From contig CAKRTQ010000002.1 in the NCBI GenBank assembly GCA_934402395.1, positions 15,372-79,371 on the forward strand: DNA of 64,000 nt. Direction: 5' to 3'. Position 1 is the stretch's first letter. Every line of letters starts with the position of its first letter. A program made the position numbers and the translations under genes. Under the pieces are notes generated by a model that searched no databases, was not told where the DNA came from, and saw only the letters and a list, made by a program, of their open reading frames with translations. The stretch is from an uncultured Eubacteriales bacterium (lineage in GTDB: Bacteria; Bacillota; Clostridia; Oscillospirales; CAG-272). Below, piece by piece: positions 9,186-20,178 of this stretch.

Positions 9186-11111
9186 TCAATAAAGCTTCGC
9201 GCCGGCGGGAATGTGAGGATCAACCATAAGGAGATGGAGCTTTTCCTCATCTCCCTCATGATGGACTGCGGATATAAGCATTCCGCAGGATTCTATTCCC
9301 ATCATCGGGCGCGGCGGAAGGTTAACTATTGCAATGCACGTCTTACCGACAAGCTCCTCCGGCTCATAGTAGGCATGAATACCGGAAAGGATAGTACGGG
9401 GATTTTCGGTACCGTCGTCAAGTGTGAATCTGAGCAGTTTCTTTGACTTCGGCACCGCCTCGCAGGCAAGCACCTTGACTGCGCGGAAATCAGAACGTGA
9501 GAACGTTTCAAAATCTACGCTGTCGGCGAAAAGCGGCTCAATTTTCACATTGGAAAAGTCAATCTTCTCTTCAACGGCAGAAACAGCGGACTCATTCTTT
9601 TCCGACACATCGACCTTTTGCGCAGACTTTTTGTCGCTTCCGGCAGAAGACTTGAGCGTGGGGAACAGCAAAACATCCCTGATCGCGGCAGAATCGGTCA
9701 TGAGCATACACATACGGTCGATGCCGAAACCGATCCCTCCCGTGGGGGGCATACCGATCTCGAGCGCATTGAGGAAGTCCTCGTCGGTGTGATTGGCTTC
9801 TTCGTCGCCCTGGGCAAGCAATTCCTCCTGCATACGGAAGCGCTCGCGCTGATCGATCGGGTCGTTCAGCTCCGAATAGGCATTCGCCATTTCCCAACCG
9901 TTCATGAAGAACTCAAATCTTTCAACATAGGCAGGATCTTCCGGCTTCTTTTTGGTAAGCGGAGAGATCTCAACAGGATGATCCATTACAAATGTAGGCT
10001 GGATCATATGCTCCTCGGCATATTCCTCAAAGAAAAGATTGAGTATATCACCCTTCTTGTGGCGCGCTTCAAACGCGATCCCCTTTTCCTTGGCAACAGC
10101 CTTCGCCTCATCATCGGAATGTATCTCGTTAAAGTCCACTCCCGAATATTTCTTTACGGCGTCAAGCATCGTTATGCGCTCAAACGGCTTTCCGAGATCC
10201 ATCTCAATACCGTTGTATGTTATAATTGTGGTGCCGAGAACTTCTTTTGCAACATGACGGTAAAGGTTTTCGGTAAGATCCATCATTCCGTGATAATCGG
10301 TATATGCCTGGTAAAGCTCCATGAGCGTGAACTCCGGGTTATGACGCGTATCTATGCCTTCATTACGGAACACTCTGCCTATTTCATACACTTTCTCAAG
10401 ACCGCCGACAATAAGACGCTTGAGATAAAGCTCAAGAGAGATGCGAAGCTTCAGATCTTCGTCCAACGCATTGAAATGTGTTTCAAACGGACGCGCCGAC
10501 GCGCCGCCGGCATTTGAGACCAGCATAGGAGTTTCAACTTCCAGGAATCCCTCCGAATCAAGATATCTTCTTATTGCGCTGATTATTTTCGAACGCTTTA
10601 TAAGTGTATCTTTGGACTCCGGATTCATAATGAGGTCAACATACCTCTGGCGGTAGCGCAGATCGGTGTTGGTCAGCCCGTGAAATTTTTCGGGAAGTGT
10701 CTGAAGGCTTTTTGAAAGCAATACAAGATCGGTGGCATGTATGGATGTCTCTCCGGTCTTGGTTTTGAACACCGTACCTTTTATGCCGACGATATCGCCG
10801 ATGTCAAGTTTCTTGAAGCTGCGATATTCGTCCTCGCCTACGTTGTCGCGCGCCACGTATACCTGTATCGTACCCTTGAGGTCCTGTACGTGGCAAAATG
10901 ATGCCTTGCCCATGATGCGCTTGGACATAAGCCTGCCCGCTACCGAGACTTCTTTGCCCTCAAGGGCATCAAAGTTGTCCTTTACGTCCGATGAATGGTG
11001 CGTACGTTCATATTTTGTGATGGCAAACGGATCGTGTCCTTCGGCGCGCAGCTCTGCGAGCTTCTGGCGTCGAACAGCGATCTCGCTGTTTGCGTTCTGA
11101 ATGTCAGCCAT
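9186..11111 (-). CDS. lysS: Lysine--tRNA ligase (class II) with a C-terminal Trbp111/EMAP-type tRNA-binding domain
   Basis: Class II LysRS motifs ([30 protein letters not shown]). Core ends about aa 487 ([10 protein letters not shown]). An extra 154 aa contains [10 protein letters not shown]...[42 protein letters not shown]. Confidence 0.95.
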   Translation of the reverse strand: MADIQNANSEIAVRRQKLAELRAEGHDPFAITKYERTHHSSDVKDNFDALEGKEVSVAGRLMSKRIMGKASFCHVQDLKGTIQVYVARDNVGEDEYRSFKKLDIGDIVGIKGTVFKTKTGETSIHATDLVLLSKSLQTLPEKFHGLTNTDLRYRQRYVDLIMNPESKDTLIKRSKIISAIRRYLDSEGFLEVETPMLVSNAGGASARPFETHFNALDEDLKLRISLELYLKRLIVGGLEKVYEIGRVFRNEGIDTRHNPEFTLMELYQAYTDYHGMMDLTENLYRHVAKEVLGTTIITYNGIEMDLGKPFERITMLDAVKKYSGVDFNEIHSDDEAKAVAKEKGIAFEARHKKGDILNLFFEEYAEEHMIQPTFVMDHPVEISPLTKKKPEDPAYVERFEFFMNGWEMANAYSELNDPIDQRERFRMQEELLAQGDEEANHTDEDFLNALEIGMPPTGGIGFGIDRMCMLMTDSAAIRDVLLFPTLKSSAGSDKKSAQKVDVSEKNESAVSAVEEKIDFSNVKIEPLFADSVDFETFSRSDFRAVKVLACEAVPKSKKLLRFTLDDGTENPRTILSGIHAYYEPEELVGKTCIAIVNLPPRPMMGIESCGMLISAVHHEGDEEKLHLLMVDPHIPAGAKLY

Positions 11112-11137
11112 AATATAATCCTTTCCGCAAGCTTTTA

Positions 11138-11632
11138 TCAGTCGTGCGACTTTGTTCTTGAAACAGCCTTTATCTCAAGCTTTATTTCACCGCCGGGCGT
11201 TTCGACAGCCACAGTGTCTCCCGCTCTTTTTCCTATGAGAGCTTTGCCTATGGGTGCAAGGTCGGAAATCTTGCCGCTCATGGGGTCGGCTTCGTTTGAA
11301 CCGACAAGACTGTACTCAAACTCCTCATCATCGGTAATGTTATATCCCCTTACGGTAGAACCGACGCTGATCACGGAAAAATCGATTTTCGACTCGTCGA
11401 TAATAACTGCGTTGTTTATCTTTTCCTCAAGCTCTTTGATGCGGGCTTCAACCTTCGCCTGCTCTGTTCTCGCTTCATCGTATTCGGCATTTTCGGAAAG
11501 GTCTCCGAAAGAGCGTGCGACCTCTATTTCATGTACGACCTCTGCGCGGCGTACATTTTTGAGGTAATCGAGTTCAGCTACCAGTTCGTTGTAGCCCTGC
11601 TGTGTAAATGTGAGCTTCTGTTCCTTAGACAT
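11138..11632 (-). CDS. greA: Transcription elongation factor GreA
   Basis: True start [25 protein letters not shown] at 11632 (the ORF-track start 11692 overlaps the upstream gene). Motif [16 protein letters not shown]. Confidence 0.95.
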   Translation of the reverse strand: MSKEQKLTFTQQGYNELVAELDYLKNVRRAEVVHEIEVARSFGDLSENAEYDEARTEQAKVEARIKELEEKINNAVIIDESKIDFSVISVGSTVRGYNITDDEEFEYSLVGSNEADPMSGKISDLAPIGKALIGKRAGDTVAVETPGGEIKLEIKAVSRTKSHD

Positions 11633-11672
11633 CTTGATTCTCCTTGTATATGCTGTAATTTCAGACTGTATT

Positions 11673-12986
11673 TTATGCTGAGGGCTGTGCACCTATAATA
11701 GCGGTCAGTGCCGCATTCATCTGATTGTCCTCGGCATCTGTGATCTTATAGATGTTTTTATTTTTAAGCGATTCGTCAAGTTCAACAGCAACATCGGGGA
11801 TTATCCCTATGCCGTCATACCCATCGGAAAGCGGCGGGTAATACATACGCGTGGTCATTTTGAGACCGCCCTCATAGCCGAACGCAGAGAGATCATAAAT
11901 ACTCTGCATAGTGCCCTTGCCGTACGTCACAGTTCCTACGACCTTGGCAATTCCGTAATCCTTGAGAGCTGAAGTAAACAACTCGGCAGCACTCGCAGTG
12001 CTTCCGTTTGCAAGAACGGCGCACTTGCCGTTTACCTTGTCGCGGTATTTGGCAATATCGGACTTTCCTACATTGCAGGCGGAATATGGCGATGACGACG
12101 GATAATTCACAACGCCCACCTTGGTTGCAAGCTTCTGACTTTCATCCCGTCCGGCTGTGCGTATAACTATATCATTTTCACGAAGCATGAAGCTCAGTAC
12201 AGCGGTTATTGAAGCAAGATCGCCTCCGCCGTTGTATCTGACATCAAATAAAAAATATTCACAGCCCGATGCGATGAGCGAATCCATGGCATCCGCAAAC
12301 TGATGCGGTGTCGTGAGATTGAATTCAAGCAGCTTGATGACCCCGACCTTGGGATTGACGGTGTTTACGTGATACGTCACCGACAGCGCTTCATATGCAC
12401 GGCGCTGGATGCTGAAGTCCATCTCTGTGCCATTGCGTCTGACGACAAAATCAGCAGTAGTGCCGGCTTCTCCTTTGAGCCGCTTGAGCGCGCCTTCAAA
12501 GCCAAGCTCGGCGACCGATGTTCTCTTGTCGCCTTCAATGACGGCAATTATAAGATCTCCCGGCTGCAGCCCCGCATCGAGCGCAGCGGATCCCGGCATG
12601 GTATTGGTGATCTCTATTGCGCCCTCGGCTGAATTGTCAATTACCATCACACCTATACCTACGCTGCTGCCTTCGTTGTCCGAATTCATTGCAGCAAATT
12701 CTTCGGGAGTGTAATAGCGTGCGTATCTGTCGCCCGCTTCTTCAACAAACCATTGCATAAGTCCGGAAAAATCCGAATCATCGTCTATTCTGAACAGGGC
12801 GTTGGTAGCGAGAAGCTCATATATCTTTGCAAATTTCGAATCGTTGGCTTTTGAATACGATTCCTCAAGCTCGGTGACTCTTTGACGGAACATCGACGAG
12901 CAAACGGCATATGCGCTCATAAATGAAAGCAATATTGCCGCAAGAAGCGTAAATACAAGCACCGACAGTGATATTTTCTTTGACAT
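11673..12986 (-). CDS. S41 family C-terminal processing peptidase (PDZ-containing)
   Basis: N-terminal TM, PDZ (GSAALDAGLQPGDLIIAV), catalytic Ser region LANGSTASAAELF and Lys region TYGKGTMQ. Confidence 0.9.
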   Translation of the reverse strand: MSKKISLSVLVFTLLAAILLSFMSAYAVCSSMFRQRVTELEESYSKANDSKFAKIYELLATNALFRIDDDSDFSGLMQWFVEEAGDRYARYYTPEEFAAMNSDNEGSSVGIGVMVIDNSAEGAIEITNTMPGSAALDAGLQPGDLIIAVIEGDKRTSVAELGFEGALKRLKGEAGTTADFVVRRNGTEMDFSIQRRAYEALSVTYHVNTVNPKVGVIKLLEFNLTTPHQFADAMDSLIASGCEYFLFDVRYNGGGDLASITAVLSFMLRENDIVIRTAGRDESQKLATKVGVVNYPSSSPYSACNVGKSDIAKYRDKVNGKCAVLANGSTASAAELFTSALKDYGIAKVVGTVTYGKGTMQSIYDLSAFGYEGGLKMTTRMYYPPLSDGYDGIGIIPDVAVELDESLKNKNIYKITDAEDNQMNAALTAIIGAQPSA

Positions 12987-13012
12987 TTTTCTGCCTTTCG
13001 GATATTAGATGA

Positions 13013-14347
13013 TCAACTCTTGGGAATTGATATGTAATTCAGCGGTTCAACGCGTCTGTTATTATATCTGAATTCTATGTGAAGATGATACCCTGTCGTT
13101 ATACCGGTAAGCCCGACGAGAGCCACTGTCTGCCCTTTTTTCACCGCGTCGCCAACGCTGACAAGCAATTTTGACGCGTGACCGTAAACCGAAACGACAC
13201 CGTTGCCGTGATTTATCATAACGCAGTTTCCGTAACCGGACGCAACGCCCGCATATATGACGCGACCTGCCTTGACTGCATATATCGGAGTTTTATTGGG
13301 AGCGGCAATATCCATGCCACCGTGCGTATCCTTGTATCCTATCTCGGTCAGGTTGCGCTTTTCATCGAAATAAGATGTGATGCGCCTGTGCTGTACCGGA
13401 AGCGGCCACAACCATTCTGATGTTGAATTTTCGCGCTCCATTTCATCCTGAAGGGCTTTCTCCGCTTCGAGCTGCCTGCGTCTTTCCTCTTCGAGTTCTT
13501 TCTGCCTCAGCTCTTCTTCGATCTTCCGCTGCCTTTCTTCTTCCTCGGCGATCATCCGAGCAACGAGCTCATCAAATTCTTTGTTGGCAGCCTTCTGCTC
13601 CGCTTTGATCTTATCCGCCGCAGCCTGATCGTCCTTTATCTTTGCTTCAAGCTCGGCAAGGAGCGCGGCATTTTTATCATCGAGCTCCTCGAGCTCAGCT
13701 TCCTTGGCATTTATTTTAGCTGCGGCTTCGTCGATCTTATTTTTGCTTTCTTCGAGTTCCGCTTTTTTTGCGTCAAGCTCTGCGCGCGCTTCGTCAACAC
13801 GCTTCATCAGACGCTTATTGTATCCGATCATGCCGGAAACACGTTCAATGCGCGAGAGAAGATCGCCGAGGTCTTCGGCGCCGAGCAATATGGCAATATA
13901 GCTCGCAGATCCCTCCTCATAGGTCATGCGCAGCAACCCGAGAAAATTCTCATAGCTCTGCTCGTATTCACTCTGCAGACGCTCGGTCTCCGCACGGCAA
14001 TCCTCAAGCTCCGTCTCAAGCATGGTGCGCTGCTTCATCAGCACATCAAGCTGTTCAACATACACATAGTGCATATTGTCGTAAAGCTCTTTGCATACAA
14101 GAGCGTCCGCCTTGTTTTTCTCGGCATCTTTGATCTTGGTCGACAGTGCGTTGCCTGCAGCCGTAAGCTCGTTGAGTCTTTTTAGTATCGCTTCGCTCTG
14201 TTCGTTTTTTACATCGTTGTATGTTACATCCTTGGCAGACACCGTAAACGGCATAACAGCGGAGACCATAACCAGCAAAGCAACAACACGCACAAAAATG
14301 AATTTTGCCTTTTTCCGACTTTCGACCGGATTTTTTGTTTTGAACAT
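13013..14347 (-). CDS. M23 peptidase with long N-terminal coiled coil (EnvC/PcsB-like FtsEX partner)
   Basis: Signal/TM, about 270 aa of E/K/A-rich coiled coil, then an M23 core HGGMDIAA...GYHLHIEF. Confidence 0.9.
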   Translation of the reverse strand: MFKTKNPVESRKKAKFIFVRVVALLVMVSAVMPFTVSAKDVTYNDVKNEQSEAILKRLNELTAAGNALSTKIKDAEKNKADALVCKELYDNMHYVYVEQLDVLMKQRTMLETELEDCRAETERLQSEYEQSYENFLGLLRMTYEEGSASYIAILLGAEDLGDLLSRIERVSGMIGYNKRLMKRVDEARAELDAKKAELEESKNKIDEAAAKINAKEAELEELDDKNAALLAELEAKIKDDQAAADKIKAEQKAANKEFDELVARMIAEEEERQRKIEEELRQKELEEERRRQLEAEKALQDEMERENSTSEWLWPLPVQHRRITSYFDEKRNLTEIGYKDTHGGMDIAAPNKTPIYAVKAGRVIYAGVASGYGNCVMINHGNGVVSVYGHASKLLVSVGDAVKKGQTVALVGLTGITTGYHLHIEFRYNNRRVEPLNYISIPKS

Positions 14348-14405
14348 AATATCAAGAACCTTTCTTCATGAGCCGCGGAAAGCCACGGCGCCGGGCGGCG
14401 GAATT

Positions 14406-15377
14406 TTATTTATGCAAATTCCGTCTGAGCGACATAACGCTCGCTGCAATTCCTGTCAGAACACCGATGGCGATAAATCCTGCAATAAGGACCAATCTGA
14501 ACTCCGAAAACGGAACAAACTCGATCATTTGCAGTTTTCCTGTGGCACTGCCGATTGCGTAGCGATATATTCCCTTGCTGATAAAATAGCTTATTATCGC
14601 CGAAAAAAGACCTATCACCACACCCTCTATAAGAAAAGGTGCAACAATAAACGCCTTTGTGCCGCCGATATATCTCATAATGTCGATTTCAGCGCGGCGG
14701 GAATGCACCGCAAGCTTTACTGTGTTGAATATTACAAATATGCTGACGAGCAGCAGGAGTACAAAAAACCAAAGAAAAACAAACGATATTCCGTTTTTCA
14801 GCCCCTCGGCATCGCTCGCAAGATCAAGACGGTTATTCACTTTTGTGACGCCGTCTATCGAATGGAGCTCAAACTCAAGATCGCTTGCCTTTTCGTTGTC
14901 GTTGTAAGTGACAACGAACGAATCCGATAAGGGATTATCACCGTTTTCCTCAAGCAGCTCAAAAAGTTCGGGGTAATCCGAATATGTTTTCTTCATATCC
15001 TCAAGAGCATATGCCTTGGATATAAAGTCAACGCTTTTTACATTGTCAAGCTCTTTTATCCGATTGTATATTCGGTTTACATCGTCTCCGCCGAGGTCAA
15101 CGTCAACATAAACGACCATCTCGTTGAGCATACGCAAACGAAGAAGGTTGAAATTCAGATTTTTAAACAAAAGACCGAAGCATCCGAGCAATGTGAGACA
15201 GGAAGTCAGCACAAGCACCGAAGCGACCGTCATAATGCGGTTGCGCCACATGCTCTGCAATGCCAACCATATGAAATAAAACGGATTATATATTCCGCGT
15301 CCGTCGGCACGTTCACGCTTTATAGCTTTCGATGCGTCCTTATCCGGTGGCGCGGAATGTTTTTTTTCGTCACTCAT
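14406..15377 (-). CDS. ftsX: Cell-division permease-like protein FtsX
   Basis: 4-TM FtsX topology with an extracellular loop. Immediately downstream of ftsE. Confidence 0.85.
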   Translation of the reverse strand: MSDEKKHSAPPDKDASKAIKRERADGRGIYNPFYFIWLALQSMWRNRIMTVASVLVLTSCLTLLGCFGLLFKNLNFNLLRLRMLNEMVVYVDVDLGGDDVNRIYNRIKELDNVKSVDFISKAYALEDMKKTYSDYPELFELLEENGDNPLSDSFVVTYNDNEKASDLEFELHSIDGVTKVNNRLDLASDAEGLKNGISFVFLWFFVLLLLVSIFVIFNTVKLAVHSRRAEIDIMRYIGGTKAFIVAPFLIEGVVIGLFSAIISYFISKGIYRYAIGSATGKLQMIEFVPFSEFRLVLIAGFIAIGVLTGIAASVMSLRRNLHK

Positions 15378-15429
15378 TTTTTACCTTTCTTTCCCGTCAG
15401 AACAGGAAAAACACGGCACAATATGCCCC

Positions 15430-16122
15430 TCAGCCCTCGGCGGGCGGTGGCACACTGTCTGCCGCGCGATCGCCTATAACATGACCGTGCGAAATGTTTA
15501 TAACTCTCTGCCCCAGCGTATCCACAAGATTCTGCTCGTGAGTAACGACCACAACGGTCTTACCGAGTTTACGGTTGATCCGCAGCAGCATATGCATTAT
15601 GTCAAGGCTCATTTTGGGGTCAACATTGCCTGTGGGTTCATCGGCAACGATGATATCGGGATTGTTCGCGATCGCGCGCGCAAGAGCAATGCGTTGCTGT
15701 TCACCGCCTGAGAGCTCACCGGGACGGTGATCGGACTTGGCGTCCATATTCACGATGCGCAAAAGGGCTGGAACGCGCCGGCGTATCTCGCTTGCGGGCG
15801 TTCCGACAACGTGCATGGCAAACGCCACATTTTCGTATGCCGTTTTGTCCTGGAACAAACGGAAATCCTGAAAGACCATTCCTATCTTGCGCCTGTAATA
15901 CGGTATGGCACGCTCGGGAAGCTTGGTGATGTCGATCCCGTCCACAAGTATCTGCCCCGACGTGACTTTTTCCTGTCTCAGCAGGACCCGTGTAACGGTG
16001 GTCTTTCCGGCTCCGGAATGACCGACAATAAACACAAATTCGCCATCGTTTATTGTAAACGAAATACCGTCAAGAGCCGTTACATCAGCGTACTCTTTGA
16101 CCACATTTTTAAATTCAATCAT
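15430..16122 (-). CDS. ftsE: Cell-division ATP-binding protein FtsE
   Basis: Walker A GHSGAGKTT, signature LSGGEQQR, Walker B IIVADEPT. Typical FtsE N-terminus MIEFKNVVKEY. Confidence 0.9.
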   Translation of the reverse strand: MIEFKNVVKEYADVTALDGISFTINDGEFVFIVGHSGAGKTTVTRVLLRQEKVTSGQILVDGIDITKLPERAIPYYRRKIGMVFQDFRLFQDKTAYENVAFAMHVVGTPASEIRRRVPALLRIVNMDAKSDHRPGELSGGEQQRIALARAIANNPDIIVADEPTGNVDPKMSLDIMHMLLRINRKLGKTVVVVTHEQNLVDTLGQRVINISHGHVIGDRAADSVPPPAEG

Positions 16123-16148
16123 AAGATCACCGCGTCAGTACGTCAGAA

Positions 16149-17255
16149 TCAGTATTTTACGGGCTTGGAGTTGAGGTACTGCTTGACCATGAGCGCCACC
16201 TTAAAGGTAATGGCGTGCTCAAATTCACGCAGGTCAAGCCCCGTGACCTTACGTATCTTTTCAAGCCTGTACACAAGCGTATTACGGTGGACAAACAGCT
16301 TGCGCGATGTCTCAGACACATTCAGGTTATTTTCAAAGAAGCACTGGATCGTCATAAGAGTTTCACGGTCGAGAAGCTCAAGGCTTCCCTTTTTGAAAAC
16401 CTCCTGCAGAAACATCTCGCAGAGCGTTATGGGAAGCTGGTAGATAAGTCTTCCGATACCGAGATTGTCGTAGCAGATGATATTCTTTTCCGACTCAAAT
16501 ACACGACCGACCTCAATTGCGACCTGCGCTTCCTTGTAAGCTCTCGCGAGATCCTTGATATTGTCGACTATGGTGGATATACCGATCGAAACCTTCGTAA
16601 AGAACTCGGTGCTGAGCGTATCCGCTATCTTTACCGCGATCTTTTCGATTTCACGCATTTCGGTATTGGGTTTAACTTCCTTCACAAGCACAATGTCGCG
16701 CTCACCAACACTGATTATATAATCGCGCGGCTTGTCCGGGAACATATTCTGGAGCATTTCAAAGGGCATCATATCGGTCTTGCCATAGAACTTGATGAGC
16801 AGAACGACGCGGTACTCCTCGGTGTTGAAATGAAGCTCCTTGGATTTGATATATATATCGCTCGGCAGGATATTGTCAAGTATGATATTTTTGATGAATG
16901 AGCCTTTGTCGTATTTTTCGTCATAAAGCTCTTTGATATTGGAAAGCGAAACAGACAGCATTTTGGTAAGCACCTCAGCCATCTTGTCCTCACCCTCGAC
17001 AAAAACCGTGTACTCGGTTTTTACGCTGGTACCTATGGGACGGTATGTGTACCCCCCCTTGCATATCATATCCGATGAATAAAGCGGATCGTCACGCAGA
17101 CCGGGCATAAATTCTCCGATTCTCACAAGCTCCGAACATGCAATGATATTATTTGACTCATCAATAACACCGATAGTACGGTCAACGGTGTCCTTCATTT
17201 GATGTATCACGCTTTGAAATAATCTGTTAGACATGGCTTGTTTCTTACCTCTCAT
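16149..17255 (-). CDS. PucR/CdaR-family transcriptional regulator
   Basis: C-terminal PucR HTH: VSETSRKLFVHRNTLVYRLEKIRKVTGLDLREFEHA. Start may be MSNRLFQ at 17234. Confidence 0.8.
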   Translation of the reverse strand: MRGKKQAMSNRLFQSVIHQMKDTVDRTIGVIDESNNIIACSELVRIGEFMPGLRDDPLYSSDMICKGGYTYRPIGTSVKTEYTVFVEGEDKMAEVLTKMLSVSLSNIKELYDEKYDKGSFIKNIILDNILPSDIYIKSKELHFNTEEYRVVLLIKFYGKTDMMPFEMLQNMFPDKPRDYIISVGERDIVLVKEVKPNTEMREIEKIAVKIADTLSTEFFTKVSIGISTIVDNIKDLARAYKEAQVAIEVGRVFESEKNIICYDNLGIGRLIYQLPITLCEMFLQEVFKKGSLELLDRETLMTIQCFFENNLNVSETSRKLFVHRNTLVYRLEKIRKVTGLDLREFEHAITFKVALMVKQYLNSKPVKY

Positions 17256-17411
17256 CTGTACAATTTGACGATTTGTTTGTGAAATCTAACCTATATTTTA
17301 TATCAAAAATTGTGATTTTTCAATAGGTAAATATCGATTTTTTCAAAAAAAACGGATTTTTTTTGTGAATGTTGCCCTAAATGGAGCAACTTTTCCCCTG
17401 CAATGGATTCT

Positions 17412-18152
17412 TTATGCTTCAAATGCGAAATAAATACACGCCAAAATGAACTCCGCAGCGCTTTCGGTACGCAATATTCTGGGACCCAGTCCTGTCATGA
17501 TCGCCCCCGATTCAGATGCCGAGGTTGCCTCATCGGGCGAAAAACCGCCCTCGGGACCTATTATGACCGCCAGCCGCTCGCCTGCTGCGAGTCTGTTTTT
17601 CAGTTTGCCGAGCACCTCGGGTGCCGGGCGCGTTCCAATGCCCTCATAGCAAAAAAGCGCTGCCGCGTGAGACGATGCCATATCCAGCATTGCCGGAAAG
17701 TCAACACATCCGCCAACTGCCGGAATGCGTCCGCGCCCCGACTGCATAGCCGCCTCAAGTGCAATACGGGAGCGCCTTTCACGTTTTTTTTCATCATCTG
17801 CCGGCTTTACAACGCAATTCCGGCTGTAAAAAGGAATTATCCGCGCCGCGCCGCATTCAACGGATTTCTGTATCACAGTATCAAATTTATCGCCCTTTAC
17901 AAGCGCCTGGAACACCGTTATATCAAGCGGCGGTTCGCCAACGCTTCGCTCTTTTTTTTTGATCAAAAGGGTCACGGTATCCGATGTAAATGATTCGGTC
18001 CGGCAAAAATAGTCGGTACCGCATCCGTCGCAGACTGTCAGAGCTTCGCCCGGACGCATCCTGAGTGAACGCGATACATGTGCTGCATCATTGCCTGTAA
18101 GAACTATTCTGCCATTTGAAATATCACTGTCAGAAACAAAGAAACGCGGCAT
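17412..18152 (-). CDS. rsmE: 16S rRNA (uracil1498-N3)-methyltransferase RsmE
   Basis: True start MPRFFVSDSD at 18152. C-terminal SPOUT motifs IIGPEGGFSPDE and LGPRILRTE. Confidence 0.9.
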   Translation of the reverse strand: MPRFFVSDSDISNGRIVLTGNDAAHVSRSLRMRPGEALTVCDGCGTDYFCRTESFTSDTVTLLIKKKERSVGEPPLDITVFQALVKGDKFDTVIQKSVECGAARIIPFYSRNCVVKPADDEKKRERRSRIALEAAMQSGRGRIPAVGGCVDFPAMLDMASSHAAALFCYEGIGTRPAPEVLGKLKNRLAAGERLAVIIGPEGGFSPDEATSASESGAIMTGLGPRILRTESAAEFILACIYFAFEA

Positions 18153-18329
18153 ACTATCCTCCGATACGGTGCTAAAACTTCCCGCATATATTATAACGTC
18201 ACATATGCGCCTTGTCAATCACCGGGCGCGAAAACATACAATAGCTTTACAAATTGAATGAAATATGATATTATATTTATGTTATAATCACAGCATAAAG
18301 TCAATAATGATCAGGGAGGCAACGGTAAA

Positions 18330-19079
18330 ATGAAAGGTAATAATACACAGCGCGATGAAAAACTCAAAGCAGAGGAACTTATACTTGACGATCCGCGGCT
18401 GAAAAAAGCGGATAATTTTTGGTTTTACAACAAGTGGAAGATCATTGTCGGCGCTTTCGTTGCCCTCGTACTCGGAATATGCATATGGCAGAGCTGCTCG
18501 AAGGAAAGCTATGACACGACCATAATGTACGCCGGACCGTATCAGGACTTCAATGCCAAAGAGACCTTCAGCGGCATTCAGAGCGCACTCGGAGCTACGA
18601 TTCCTTCGGATTATGACGGAAACGGCGAAAAAAACTGCGATATTGCAGTGCTTATAATTTACTCCGATGAGCAGATAAAGGAGCTCCGCGCCGAAGCTGC
18701 CTCCGAAAGCCGAAAGATCATTGTAAATACCGAAATGAACACGCAGGAATTGCAGAAATTCGATCAGCTGATCCTCGCGGGAGAGTACTCGGTATGCCTT
18801 CTTGACCCGACGCTTTATCAGAGAGTGCATTCAGCCGGCGGCTTCCGCAAGCTCTCCGATGTTCTGGGTTACACTCCGGAATGCGCCAACGATGAGTATT
18901 CAGTGCGTTTTATGGATACCGAATTTGCGCGTTATTTCGGCGCGTTCAAGAATATGCCCGCAGATACACTTCTCTGTCTGCGCACGCAAAGTGTTTTCGG
19001 CGGCAAAAATGCTGACGCAAAATACGAAGTGTCCCAGGAATTCTTCAAAAAAATGATCGAATTCAAACCTGACAACTAA
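18330..19079 (+). CDS. Hypothetical membrane-anchored protein
   Basis: GGGAGG RBS, single N-terminal TM (IIVGAFVALVLGICIW). Preferred over the antisense ORF 18288..18830. Confidence 0.65.
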   Translation: MKGNNTQRDEKLKAEELILDDPRLKKADNFWFYNKWKIIVGAFVALVLGICIWQSCSKESYDTTIMYAGPYQDFNAKETFSGIQSALGATIPSDYDGNGEKNCDIAVLIIYSDEQIKELRAEAASESRKIIVNTEMNTQELQKFDQLILAGEYSVCLLDPTLYQRVHSAGGFRKLSDVLGYTPECANDEYSVRFMDTEFARYFGAFKNMPADTLLCLRTQSVFGGKNADAKYEVSQEFFKKMIEFKPDN

Positions 19080-19113
19080 AAACGACAGATCGAAAGGACC
19101 ATCCCGCAATACC

Positions 19114-20058
19114 ATGAACAAAAGACTTCTCGCCAATATATGCCTTTTTCTCACAGCAATAATCTGGGGATTTTCGTTCGTCGCCCAGGTCCTCGGCAGC
19201 GACTCGCTCGACCCGTTTTCCTTCAATGCGATCAGATTCGGCGTTGGTGCAATCTCGCTTGTTCCCGTGCTTTTCATTCTCGAAAAACGTCCGCAGGGTA
19301 GCGCGCTTACACCCGAAGCCACATCCGATGACCTCAAGAAGCTCCGCATGACCGTTATTGCAGCCGCCGTATGCGGCACGGTTCTGTTCGGCGCATCATC
19401 ACTTCAGCAGGCAGGTGCCCAGATCACCAAATCACCCGGCAGAGCCGGATTTATAACCGATCTGTATATAATCTTCACCCCGTTATTTTCGGCACTGCTG
19501 TTCAGAAAAAAGACCAAGCCTTCGGTTTTTGCAGGTGCGGTATTTGCGCTTGCGGGTATATATCTTCTCTGCATCAAGCCGGACGAGGGATTCAGCTTCG
19601 GTACCGGAGAGCTTCTCATATTCATCGGGTCGTTTTTCTGGGCGTTCCATATCCTTGCCATAGACCGCTTCGGAAGCAGCATTTATCCGCTGCGGTTTTC
19701 CTGTCTGCAATTTGCGGTAGTTTCAGCCGAAAGTGCAATATGCGCGCTCATATTTGAAAAAACAACAGCTGCAATGGTGTGGGAAGCAAGATGGGCAATA
19801 TTCTTTTGCGGGGTTCTTTCCGTCGGTGTGGCATATACGCTCCAAACATACGGTCAGCGTCTTTCCGACCCGAGCTATGCCGCGATCATATTCTCGCTTG
19901 AGGCTGTTTTCGGAGCAATTGGAGGCGTGATGTTCGGGCAGGATACATTCACGCCCGCCGGCATCGCCGGTTGCACACTGGTATTGGGAGGGATAGTGCT
20001 CTCACAGCTCGATCTCGGCAAGAAAAGAGCCGTCAAAACAACAAAAGACGAGAAATAA
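19114..20058 (+). CDS. DMT-superfamily (EamA-like) transporter
   Basis: 314 aa, about 10 TM, two EamA-like halves (LFLTAIIWGFSFVAQ...; FFWAFHILAIDRF...). Confidence 0.85.
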   Translation: MNKRLLANICLFLTAIIWGFSFVAQVLGSDSLDPFSFNAIRFGVGAISLVPVLFILEKRPQGSALTPEATSDDLKKLRMTVIAAAVCGTVLFGASSLQQAGAQITKSPGRAGFITDLYIIFTPLFSALLFRKKTKPSVFAGAVFALAGIYLLCIKPDEGFSFGTGELLIFIGSFFWAFHILAIDRFGSSIYPLRFSCLQFAVVSAESAICALIFEKTTAAMVWEARWAIFFCGVLSVGVAYTLQTYGQRLSDPSYAAIIFSLEAVFGAIGGVMFGQDTFTPAGIAGCTLVLGGIVLSQLDLGKKRAVKTTKDEK

Positions 20059-20092
20059 ATATCTTTTTTGCTCAAAAACAACCTACGGTTTA

Positions 20093-20121
20093 TTGACATA
20101 CTCTTTTTTTAGTGATATAAT
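20093..20121 (+). promoter_or_regulatory. Perfect consensus sigma-A promoter (TTGACA-17-TATAAT with TGn extended -10)
   Basis: TTGACA 20093-20098, 17-nt spacer ending in tga, TATAAT 20116-20121. About 270 nt upstream of the XRE gene. Confidence 0.7.
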
Positions 20122-20178
20122 CAAACCATCGGCCGACACGGGCGTCGGTTGAAATTTGGCAAAAGGAGGCGATCGTTT

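Noticed and set aside
9618-10517. 299-aa + strand ORF opposite lysS, and similar antisense ORFs (8318..9088, 14091..14930, 15727..16443, 16215..16901, 41503..42411, 43420..44172, 56982..57617)
   Set aside because: Each overlaps a gene with unmistakable family motifs on the other strand. None has recognisable motifs or an RBS.
18288-18830. 180-aa - strand ORF overlapping ORF 18330..19079
   Set aside because: The + strand ORF has a strong GGGAGG RBS, an N-terminal TM and sensible composition. The - strand ORF has no RBS and odd composition.
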